From assembly GCA_965637545.1 (NCBI GenBank), contig OZ281499.1, positions 558,001-622,000 on the forward strand: 64,000 bases of DNA, given 5' to 3'. The position numbers and the translations under genes are program-made. Shown here piece by piece: positions 36,539-48,800 of this stretch (position 1 is the stretch's first letter; every line of letters starts with the position of its first letter). Source of the stretch: Phallusia mammillata (Eukaryota). Under the pieces are notes generated by a model. It saw nothing but the letters and a program-made list of their open reading frames with translations. It made no database searches and had not been told where the DNA came from.

Positions 36539-39500
36539 AACCTGACAATCTCTCGGTGTGCGAGTGGCCGTACCGCGGTCCCAACTGCACCTGCCCTTCT
36601 TCAATGTTCGAATGTGCTTGTCACAAGTTTGGTCGGTGTGGCCAAAAACCAGGATGTATTGAGATGAATATATATGACAGGATTTTTTCATCCAATGGGC
36701 CTGGCAGTCCCGTATTGTCCAGTGCCAACAACAACTGTGGTGATTGGAGCGATGTATTTAGAGAGGTTTGTCCTGAAGGCTGGTTTCAGTGTGACTGCTT
36801 TAACACAACTTGTAAAGGATATGTTGGGTGTATGAGGAAGGAGCAGCGATGTGATGGAGAGATAGATTGTTTAGACAGAAGTGATGAAGTTAATTGCACT
36901 TGTCCAGCTCATAAGTTTGAATGCCTTTGTTACAAAACAAACAATTGCAAAATTGGATATGGTGGTTGCATCAACAAAGACTGGCAATGTGATAGATATA
37001 ATAACTGTGGAGATTGGAGTGATGAAGTTAATTGCACTTGTCCAGCTCATAAGTTTGAATGCCCTTGTTACAAAACAAACAACTGCACAACTGGATATGG
37101 TTGCATCTCCAAACACAGGCAATGTGATGGAACTAATGACTGTGGAGATTGGAGTGATGAAGTTAATTGCACTTGTCCAGCTTACGAGTTTGAATGTGAT
37201 TGTTACAAAACAAAGAACTGCACAACTAGACATGGTTGCATCAACAAAGACAGGCAATGTGATAGTTATAATCACTGTGGAGATTGGAGTGATGAAGTTA
37301 ATTGCACTTGTCCAGCTCCTAAGTTTGAATGTGATTGTTACAAAACAAAGAACTGTACAACTAAACAAGGTTGCATCAACAAAGACTGGCAATGTGATAC
37401 ATATAATGACTGTGGAGATTGGAGTGATGAAGTTAATTGCACTTGTCCAGCTCATAAGTTTGAATGTGATTGTTACAAAACAAAGAACTGTACACATCCA
37501 TGGGGTGGTTGTATCGTCAAAGACAGGCAATGTGATGGAAATAATGACTGTGAAGATGGGAGTGATGAAGTTAATTGCACTTGTCCAGCTCATAAGTTTG
37601 AATGTGATTGTTACAAAACAAAGAACTGTACACGTTCATGGGTTGGTTGCATCAACAAATTCCTGCAATGTAATGGAAGAAATGACTGTGGAGATTTGAG
37701 TGATGAAGTTAATTGCACTTGTCCAGCTCATAAGTTTGAATGTGATTGTTATAAAACAAAGAACTGCACAACTGCATGGGGTGGTTGCATCTACAAAGAC
37801 CAGCATTGTGATGGATATAATGACTGTGGAGATTGGAGTGATGAAGTTAATTGCACTTGTCCAGCTCATAAGTTTGAATGCGATTGTTACAAAACAAAGA
37901 ACTGTACAACTTACAGTGGTTGCATCAACAAAGACAGGCAATGTGATGGAAATAATAACTGTAGAGATTACAGTGATGAAGTTAATTGCACTTGTCCAGC
38001 TCATAAGTTTCAATGTGCATGTGTTGACACGAAACAATGCAATATCAGTATAGAGGGAAGTTGTATTGACCGGACTTTATTATGTGATGGAAATCAGGAC
38101 TGTTTTGATGGAAGTGATGAGACATATTACACGTGTAACTGCTCTGGAGTTTACTCAAGATGTCTGTGTGATCCTGGAAACAAACACTGTCCATCTACTG
38201 GCAGATGCATACCATTTGATTGGATTGGTGATGGATTTAAGGATTGCTACGATGGGAGTGACGAACTTTGTTCAGTTTCCAACTTCACATGTCAATCTTG
38301 CACAATGTTTGCCACAACTTGTAAGAGTGAACAAATTGCCAGGTATCTTGTGCATTCCACAGTTCCAGCAGAGTGCAACACAGTAATCCAACCATCATGT
38401 GCTGATAACATCAACAGTTGTGAAAGCAAGAATGCGATTTGCATCTCTTCAAACTGCGAAAAAATAGAAAATTTTTGCAAGAAACTATTTATATGTGAAA
38501 ACCAACAATTCCTTCCCAGCAGTTCATTTTGTGACTCAGTTACTAGTTGTAGTGACAATAGTGATGAAATCAAGTCAGGATTTGGATTTAAATGTCCTGG
38601 ATCATCAAGACGAGGTGTTTGTGTTTTGCCCCAAGCCAATATTTACGATTCAGTGGCTCAATGTTCTGATAAATCTGATCTTTGTTTCGTCAACGGACAG
38701 TTCAGATGTTTTCAGTGCTTGGATAAAAAGTTAATCATATCATCCAAGCAAGTTTGTGATGGTATAGTGGATTGCTTTGATATGTCAGATGAGTGTTTGT
38801 GTTTGAATCAAAGTTTGTGTGATGAGATAAGGGGTGATTGTCCATCAAATCAGCTGCATTGCCAAAATAAATCTGTCTGTTCTATTGCAGGTGGAGTGTT
38901 GTGCAATTCAAGCATACAGTGTGTTGATCAAGTAAACATGAAATACTGTTCTTCTGAAAATATCTTGGAAGAAACTCAGTGTTTTCCAGAAAACGTTAAA
39001 AGTCTCGTTGAAAGATTTGATGAAATATTTTGGTGTGCAAAAACAGACAACAAAGTGCTGAGGAGAGAGTTTCAAAATCAGCTTTTACAAAGGAAAGATG
39101 GCAAAGTTCTGATGAACTCAATATGTGACGGCATTATTGGGGATGACCTAAAACTAATTGGTGAAGTTAACTGTCCAAATATGTTTTATTGTTTCTCAAA
39201 TGGAGACATCAACATAAAAAGCACTCAGGTATGCGACGGAAAAGTTGATTGTGATGACAGCTCAGACGAATTTCAAGAACTTTGTCACAAAACGCGGTTT
39301 TATTGTAAAAGCAACAGAAAATTGTCAATTGACAGAAAAACTGTTTGTGATGGAATTATCGACTGTGACAATGAATCTGATGAAAGTAAATGTCAATGCG
39401 AAAAAAAAAGATTTTATTGCACAAATGAACAACCTTTGTCGATTGAATGGAAACTGGTGCAGAATGGAATTCAAGATTGTTCTGATGGAAGTGATGAATG

Positions 39501-40710
39501 TGTAAACTTGGCTGGGGACGCATTTGCAAATGTCAATGAAATGATTGCCAATCCAATTTACCGAGCAATTTTCTGGATAACAGCTGTATTGGCCTTGGGA
39601 GGAAATCTGTTTGTGTTCATCGCAACTGCCCAGAGCTTATGGAATGTAGACAGAAACAAAAACATTTTTATTAACACTAGTGTTTTCCTTCTCAACCTCT
39701 GTTGCTCAGATTTCCTTATGGGAATTTATCTGCTTGCAGTTATAGTGCAAGCCACACGATTTTCCGGCTCTTATTGTTTGTTTGATAAAGAATGGAGATC
39801 AAGTAGTTTGTGTTCCGGGCTTGGAGCACTTGCAATTGTATCATCAGAAGGATCAGCCTTGACAATGACAGCCATGACCACTTTTCGCCTTGTATCAGCT
39901 TTCAAACCATTTACAATTCGAAGTGTAGGAGTCTCTAAAATTATATTTACTGAAATATGTTGCTGGATTTTAGCTGTAGTTTTGGCAACCGTTCCTTTAC
40001 TCAAAGTCACTTCGGAATATTTTACAACTGATGTTTGGTTTCCAAACAACATTTTTGGAAATGACTTTGTTTCCTGGGAAAACATGTCACTTCTTGCAGA
40101 AAGAATTACCGATATAAGACCCAAAAATTGGAATGATGTAAAACAAACTATCAAGGAAACATTTCCTCGCGACCCAATCAAAGGGGAGTTTGGATATTAT
40201 GGAGAAACAAGTGTCTGTTTGCCACGTTTGTTTGCCACAACCAGTGAATTTGCTTGGGAATATTCAACTTTCCTTATCACAATCAACTTCCTTATGTTTA
40301 TCTACATGGTTGTTGCATATGTTCTCATTTACAAGCAAAGTAATCGCATGAAAGAATCCAGAAGCAATGATGTCAGCTCCAAAATGCAGAAGAGAATCTC
40401 AAGATTGATATTAACAGATTTCTGCTGCTGGATTCCAATTTGTGTCATGGGATACTTAAGTATTGGAGGAATCAAAATGCGACCGGATGCTTATGTGTTA
40501 AGCGCTTGTCTGTTGCTTCCAATCAACAGCGCCCTTAATCCCTTGCTTTACTCTAAAGCAATAGAAGATCAACTTGTCAGGGCAAAGAAATGGCTGGTGG
40601 AGAAATTGTCCATTATACGGGCATCCACAAATCGTTCATCTGATTTAGCTGTGAGATACAACGCTGGTGCAGAGGAAGAAGGCGACAGAGTGATTGAAAT
40701 AGTTGGATGA
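36539..40710 (+). CDS. LDLa-repeat class A GPCR gene 2, main exon; spliced product 1421 aa
   Basis: Acceptor ACCCACAG at 36538. Same architecture as gene 1, 7TM/C-tail about 90% identical by eye. Spliced length 4266 nt = 1422 codons, uninterrupted. Confidence 0.95.
36901..37992 (+). repeat. Eight coding tandem repeats of 135/138 bp (8-Cys LDLa variant) in gene 2
   Basis: Unit lengths 46,45,45,45,46,46,46,45 aa; the next, divergent module starts at 37993. Confidence 0.95.
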
Positions 40711-40773
40711 AAATAATAAAAACTTAACCAAATGTAAACAACTCACAACTGTTTGCTGCAGCTCGTATTAAAC

Positions 40774-41063
40774 CAGTGGTCGGCAACCCCTGGCATGCGA
40801 GGTGGTTTTTCATGGAACGCCAACTGATTTGAGTGTTTATATTGAAGTAACAATTTAACCTGTTACACTGCTTGTTTTCAGTTTTTATCATGCAATTGTC
40901 TTAAAATTCAGCCTTACATGCACAAAACACTCTGCTTTTTCTTTTTTATTAATCTGCTGGCACAAACCACTATTGTTTAAAAAAAACTTGACATGCGAGG
41001 TCATTAACTCATGAAAATAACAAGTGAATTGGCACATGTCGCCTAAAAGGTTGCCGACCCCAG
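40774..41063. mobile_element. hAT MITE 3' of gene 2, same site as 11503-11795
   Basis: TIR CAGTGGTCGGCAACC / GGTTGCCGACCCCAG; TSD TATTAAAC / TATTGAAC. Confidence 0.85.
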
Positions 41064-42582
41064 TATTGAACCATGTTATTGTTGGTCTGTTTTTATTATG
41101 AAAAATGCTTCTGTAAATAATGGTTACCAGGTGTGGTGTCATTTGTGAAATATTTGTGTGCATGTGATAACAAGTTGTACAGAAGTGTTATTTATTCACT
41201 TGACGACAATATTTAATCAAAGCAAGTTGTAAAGATTGTTATTTACAGAAGAACAACAGCATTTCAGGTGTGAAGCAAGGTTATAAAAATGAAAAGTTAA
41301 AAAGCATCTCAAGATGTGTGTCCCTACATTACAATAGTGAATAAAACTCATTAGTTTTATTGTTAACACATCAAGAGGAGACAAAACAAAGTAAAGTCAC
41401 ACACTTGGGAATGTTTTCATCCCTCTAATTCTTTCGTGATATTTAACAGCAACCAATTAATTTATTTTATAAACACTAACCTGGTTTAAACCAGATTTGA
41501 TAAACAAAACACTTGTGGATTCAGATTTACTTTGAAACAGATTGGAGAACTTTAGCTGAACTACAAAAGAAAACATATATTGCAAAAAAACTATTTTCGT
41601 TTAGTAGGGGACGTTGTCACTAAGGAACAAACCACTTAAACCTATTGGTTGCACTGGAATAGTCACAAATTTTAAAATCTCTTGCTTGTCTAAAACTTTG
41701 CACTACCATCCAAATACACAAAGATACTTACATGTATCAACCACCATAAAAACAAAATAGAAGGTAATTACTTAGTTTTCTAACCAAAAATGTATGAAAA
41801 ACGACTATAGTGGTTATACCATGATATTGGTTTGCTAAGAACAGTCGGCTTTGTTATTCTAATAAACAAACCAACAAATATTTTGTTTGGTTACTGTTAA
41901 AAGATTGACCAGTATTTTGAACTAAAAAGTATCAAAACATATCGGCTGAAGTAATACATTATTCCAATTTTGTAAAATCTCAAGTAAACCCAGTTTTAAG
42001 AACAAAAAAAGATAAAATAAAAGTTACACTAATAATGGTGGGCTTAATGGAGAAATTTACTCACTGTTTAACCAACCCTAAACTTTATTCAAATTAATTT
42101 TTGAGGCACAAAAGCCCATGTTCAAATATATGTTTATTACTAATAGTAAAACAAGAGTTTTTATCAGCATAATATATGTCTGTTTCGTAAAAAAAAATAA
42201 CACCCATAAGTTTTGGTTGCAAATCTTTTGAAACTAAACTATAACTGCGATTACCGAATATAATTAATAAAAGTTTAAAAATCGGTATTACACAACTTTT
42301 TAAAACCCTTTCAGGTGATCTGACAATTGGAAAATACGGTTTGTGTCATCAAACAAACAATGTCATAATACTAAAGCGGGGCCAACTAAAAGTCTACGAA
42401 AGCGCCGTTTTTTGGTGAACAACAACAAAAACGCAGCTAATTACTGTTTAGGGTTGGGGTTCTCTAATACCTTTTTCTTGTATACCAAAATTTACCTAAT
42501 CAATACTTTATACAGCAAGTAATCAATTTTTAAAAACTTTTACATTAAATGACCCTTTACCGGCACTTTTATAGTTTGTTTT

Positions 42583-42611
42583 TGCCACCTAGCGGCTGTT
42601 ACTATATCAAC
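42583..42611. promoter_or_regulatory. Candidate CTCF motif adjacent to an RFX X-box-like motif upstream of CCDC146
   Basis: Minus strand CCGCTAGGTGGCA (42583-42595) fits the CTCF core. GTTACTATATCAAC (42598-42611) and GTTGCTATAGAAC (42862-42874) are imperfect X-boxes. Motif match only. Confidence 0.35.
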
Positions 42612-42927
42612 CAGACTATTTTTGCTGCGTTCTTAGCGAACTTTATTTAGTTAATATTGTTTTGCTGTAAAGCCTTGTTTTACGAACATAGTTTTGCTTT
42701 CAATATTTAGGAGTTGACAGAAACACACAAAATAAATTAAGATTTGCGACGAATACCAGAGAAACAAGGTTTAAGGTTCTGTTCGACTAACAATAACACA
42801 ACAGCTTCTTATAAGTTTTTATGCCAAAAATAAAGTGGAAAGCAATTTTTTGAGGGGTTTAGTTGCTATAGAACTTTCAGTAAGGTATGATTAAACTGAA
42901 GTGGTCTATTATTGGGACGTAAACGTC

Positions 42928-45836
42928 ATGAGCTCAAACTTTCCAACAAACGATGACCAAGAAGGAGATGAATCTCAGGAAAGTCGGCCAATCTCAGCGT
43001 TGGCACCAACTGTTCGGTTACAAGAAGAAAGTCAGGTTGAAGTAACTGCAAGTCCAGCATTTCAATGTCTTGAAGAGGTATATGCAGTTAGAATATAAAA
43101 ATGTATTACTAAATTATGCAAGATGTTTGACAAATCAGATTTGTTACAGTTGCTGAATGTGATTAAACCAGTGTTGTTTGTTTTTTAGTTGTTTGAGGCA
43201 GGAAAAGTGACTGGCACACGAATGGCAGAACTGAAGGCAAAGTACACTGCCCTTCATGACATGCTAAAACAGTAAGTTGGTTTTATTACTTGTTATGTGA
43301 ATCCTACTTTATATTTTTATTCTTTTTACAATTGACTTAATTCACATAACTGTATGACAGAAAAAAATCTGTCTATTTGCAATCTTTTAGAACTAGGGAG
43401 TCAGAAAGTAAGTTATTACAAGATGCAAAAAGTTACACAGTGGAATTGGAAGGCCAGCGACAAGACCTTGAAAGGGTAAGTTTCAATGATTTTCAATGAA
43501 GTATTTTCTCTATAATACTGTGGCTTTTTAAGAATGTCAACTTATCGTTCATATATTATTCTAATAGATGTAAGTTCAGAAAAAATCTGTCAGTCACCCT
43601 TTAGTTTTAATGATATATATATATTTCGCAAGAAAAATTTCTGCTTGTTTGCAGATACTGATGATGCTGTAAAGGCGAAATATGTATATATTTAAAACTA
43701 AAGGGTGGACAATTAAGTGTTTTTCTGAAGTTACATCTATTGCTATAAGGCTCATTAGTCTTCATCCACCAAGCAACGAACTGGGTGATTCCAGCTTTAA
43801 GTTTCAATAAGGTAGTGATGGGATGATACCAGGTTTTGAATGAGTACTGATACCGAGTCTGGTAATTACGAGTATTATTCTAATAGTGGTGAAGTTTGAA
43901 AATAAATTAAAGTTGATTTTTCGAATGTTTTAGGCTGACCACTTTCCAGAAAACATTGATTCTGAAGTGGGAAAACTCCGTCAAGAACTTTTAAAACGTC
44001 ACAATGAGATTCAACAAATTGAAGAACGGGAGTATGAACTGCAATACAAAATAACAGCGTAAGTACTTCTATGTATGCCACAAGAAAAGCAGTGATACTA
44101 AATACTGCATGTTAACCAGTGGTTGAATTCAGCCGGTTCGCACCTGTTCTAAAGAACCATCCCAAATTTTATGAGACCAGCGAACCGGTTAGCATTACTG
44201 GTTACTGTAAATGGACTTTTTGTAACAAAACCGGCAGAAAAATATGACTTTTGTGATAGAACCAGCTTACAAAAACTTTGAATTCCACCACTGATAACGC
44301 ATAATACCATATGTTACTGCATGCTACCTCATGGTTTACCGCATGTTATCACACGGCAAGAAGTTAAAGGACTCAACTATGCTTTTACGAAAATATATTT
44401 TTGCCAACTTTTGACAGCGCTAACGGTTAGAGCTATTCGGGTTGGGTGAGGGTTTATAATTAAAATAATGCTAGAATCTGGTCTCAAACAAGAAAATATA
44501 AGCCACTTTATCTAGGGCAAATAGAATAAGTCATGTTTGTAACAATTATTTTATGTTAAGGGTTTATGGGTAAGTGTGCAGATATTTATAGCTTTGAAAG
44601 CAATATCTTAATATTTTTGCTACACTCCAAATATTTTACTTAAGTCTCTAAGGTCTTAAGCCTGGTTAGCTATGAGAATTTGTGACTAAAATTTAGTGCC
44701 ATACCAAATAGACTGTGTGCTAATAAAGTAATATCTCATACTATTTGTTATACTTATAACACAATTTAAATGTTTAATTTCAGTCTTCAAGAGGAAGACC
44801 GTTTGTTGAAGCGTGAATATGAGAGGATTCCAAAACACGATGAAGTGGAAGCAAAGAAACGTGAAATTGAAAACCAAACTGAACTGGCTAAAAAAGAAAA
44901 TTCACAAAGGATTAATGAACTAAAAAATCTAAAGGTATTAATCAATATTTCATCTCGGTTTCTACAAACGCTGCTTCACAGTTATGTGACCATCATGTAA
45001 AAAGCAGAAAATGTGATAAAAGCAGTTTATAATTATCCACAGAATACATACAACTCTAAATACATACAATTTTATCAAATTCAGTATTTTTCATGTCAAG
45101 TGCTAAACCATAACACAATGTGAAAAAAACTATTGTGGTTAATGAAAAGAACAAAAACATGGCAAAATGAAGTTACTAACAGTGAGTCTGTGCAAGTTGA
45201 TTTATCAGGCAATGTTTGGTCTTCCAACAGTGTGTCATGCTCACTTCTACTTGATAAATATTAATTATATAAGGTTAGTTTACCAATATTACCAACATGC
45301 ATTTAATACAGACAATTCCATTATGGATAATATTTACTAACCTGAAGCTTTCAGTGCACTTCACTTTATAACAAAAAACACAGACTGATTGGTTGCACTG
45401 AATGCTTCAGTTTACTAAGTTAAGATTATACATACAACAGAAATAGTCCTGAACCAACGTGCGCTTAATACAGATGATTCAAGTTCCAGGAAATCATAGT
45501 AACTGAATCTTGCAGTGCGCCTAAATCAATATGTGTTTTTTCATATTGCAATGTATTCTAAATGATATTGATTTCGCCAGTTTAATGGCATCCCCAGTTC
45601 TTGTTCAAAAGCTTCAGTTTACTAAGTTACATAAGGTTAGTGTTGCTGCAAATCTGGCTTGTTGTTTTTTCAGGAAGACTTGGAAAACAAGTTACGACAG
45701 AATGGACTCGATGCGAAAGAACTTGAAGCTAAACGTGAAGAGATGGAATCGATAAAAAATGATCTTGTTCAAATCCATGGAATCCCAACACAAATATCTA
45801 AAGAAATTGACAAAATTAATCGTCAAAAACAGTAAG

Positions 45837-45872
<36 letters not shown>

Positions 45873-48800
45873 TATTCATGAACAAACAAACAAACGCTAT
45901 TAAATTCTGATGTGGAAATGTACCCTATATGAATAAACACATGCGTCTGTAACCAAATAGTTACTATAATCATGTAACAAATGTATAAACCTTGGTTAAA
46001 TCGGATTGGTTAATCTGGGGCTTCACATATTTAATGTGGTAAGGCTTTAACTAATCGACGTTGGTTAGTCCGGATCTTCACCGAGTTTGGACAAAACTTG
46101 AGGTACAAATGATTTGTAATGTGGTAAGGCTGTAACTAATCGACATTGGTTAATCTGGATCTTTGCATAATGTGAAATGTCTTTATTTTAATTACAGAGA
46201 AATCAGCAAAAAGCAAGCTGAATTAAATTTAACTTGCAAAAATCTGGAAGCTGAAATACAATTGGTTGAGGGAAAGAAAAGCAGAATTGAAGAAGAAAAG
46301 GGAGAGGTGAGACTTTATGTAAAAAGCAAACAAACAAATATCATGCTGCTGAAACGTTTCAACAAAAAAGTTTGTTCATTTTTACGCTTATTTGAGCCAT
46401 GATATTCATCTCCAAACTTATGAACAGATCCATGTATAGTGTCCTGAACTTTATTCTAATCATAACAAAACTTATTTAAGTGTTTAGGTAATTTGCTTTG
46501 TGCAAAAAGCTACACAAAGGTTTTAGATTTTGCACATTTACATTTTTAGTTAAAATGACAAAGCCAAAAAATTGTTCAAACACTACACACACACACACAC
46601 ACACACATGTATTGTTGATTGTTGCACTGATATTTTGTAATGTTTAGGTGGAAGAGGAACTTGACTATCAACGCTCCTTACTTGAAGGGAAGGAGCGCGA
46701 ATACAACAAACTTATGAGAGACTTTGAATTTGAAAAAGAGCGAGAAGCTGTCCTACTTGGCGACAGGTGAGGATTTAATGTGTCCTACATTTTAGAGTGT
46801 TTATTTCTAGTGGTGGGATTTAAATTTATTGTCAGCTGGTTCTATCACAAAAGTCATATTTTTCAGCTTGTTCTGTTGTAAAAAGTCTATTGACTTGTTT
46901 TATGTTCCAGAGCATGTTTCTATGCTAGTGTTGCATATCAATATTCACAATTAATGTTAAATGAATATGTTGACCTTAAGTAAAAAACGTTTTTAAAACC
47001 TCCCAAATAATCAAACATATATGCAATATTGAGCAAGTTTATCTACGGACTGTTTCTTTTCATTATCTTTTTGTTAAAGGCTTTGTTCAAGAGCATGTTT
47101 ATACCCCAGTGTCGTATACAAATATTCACCATTAGTTTTCAAAAATAACAAATAACAATCAAACATATATGCAGTAAGTTTATGTACAGTCTGCTACTTT
47201 CCATTGATTAATCATGGGGTTTTCTTAGTCCAATCTTGACTTGATTGGTTTTAAAGTTTATTTGACATAATCCAGAGCGTCTCTGGACCTTTCACTTCGT
47301 CACACTCAACTTGAGAAAAAGACCGGACACGACACTCTGACTCGAAAGCAAAGGGAGAAAGATAGAGATTTGAGGCAACTGAAAAAGTTGGAGCAACAAT
47401 TAAGAGTTGCAAATGATGCACTTTCACATCAACAAACTATTAAGGAGAAAGTTAAAGATCAGGTAAAATGAAAACAAAATTTGAACAAAAGTGTTTTTTA
47501 CCCTTCTCTGTACATTTTGTTTGGAGCAATATTAAGAACGTCTAAATCACAAGCTCTGCTCTTATGCCATTCTAGTATAATTGTGTAAACAAACGAGGGA
47601 TTTTAACATCTTTAGTATTCAGCCAGACCAGTGCTTCCCAACCTTTTCCAGCTCACGGCCCATTTAAAAAAGATATTTTTTGGGTGGACCACCGTTTAAT
47701 ATTACGACAAAAGCACAATGAAAAAGAACTAAAATTGACAGAAAAATAATAACCGCACAAGCAATACTTCTGTTAATGTGAAGCTTGAGCTTGCTGGTTT
47801 GATATGATTTATGAGATCACTACTACTTTCTGGGGAAAAAAAACTATTCATTTTGCAGCTACGCAAAGACCAAATAAAGCTAACAAATACAGTTACAGCT
47901 TCAAGATTTTACAACTAGTACAAGTACTATTGTGACGCGACAATTGCAGTTTGTTTGTGTATTAAAGCTTTGTTAAACGTGAAATCTTATGCGGCTTTCA
48001 TAGTGCATAATATTATATTTTTGCGAAAAAAGGTTAAATTTGAAAGTACGTTCGCACAAACTGTGTAACTTTTTTTCCCTTCTATATTGGTATGGTAATA
48101 GTTTGAAAAGCTTCACGGCCCACCAGAAAGTACGTCGCGGACCACCAGTGGGTCGTGGCCCACCGGTTGGGAAGCGCTGAGCTAGAGCGCTGTTTTCAAC
48201 ATTTTGCGTGTTTACAAAAAAGTCCAATCTTTGAGCATTTGTTACATCTTTCCCACCCATAAACAGCCCCAAAAAGTACCATTGGTTGACTGCACAAACT
48301 CGTCTAATATTAAATGTCACAAGTTTGCATAAAACGCATCACAGAGAAACAGGACAACTGCTGGTTCATGCCGAATATTGCCCATCTCAGCAGTTTTATA
48401 GCTGATGTCAGCAGTTTTATAGCTGTTGTATTAAGGTGTTAATGTTCGATTCCAGGTTGATCTGGTTCCCAAGGATGACGGGTCGCTCCACGAGAAGCGG
48501 AAACAGCTCCAGGCTGAAGTGGACGAAGCGAAACGAAAACTCGGACAACAGGTGAAAGATAAATGTTCTTTTTTCCTTTGTTTATCGTGCGCTGTACTAC
48601 GCGCATTCGGTGTTATTTACCCTGATGAAGGCGACCTGTATAAGACGTTGAAACGTCGGAATGACATAAATTTGCGAGGAGAGCTCTACAAACTTGATAA
48701 ATGATGCCGTTACATTCAGAGTGGGCTTCTCTAAAATTCGCAATCTAATTAGAAAACGCATAAAAATTTAAAAATGTTGACGGTTAGCGCGTAATCACAG

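Noticed and set aside
45839-45868. Poly(A) tract as the tail of a retroposed insert
   Set aside because: It starts 7 nt after the splice donor, leaving no room for an element body, and no TSD was found.
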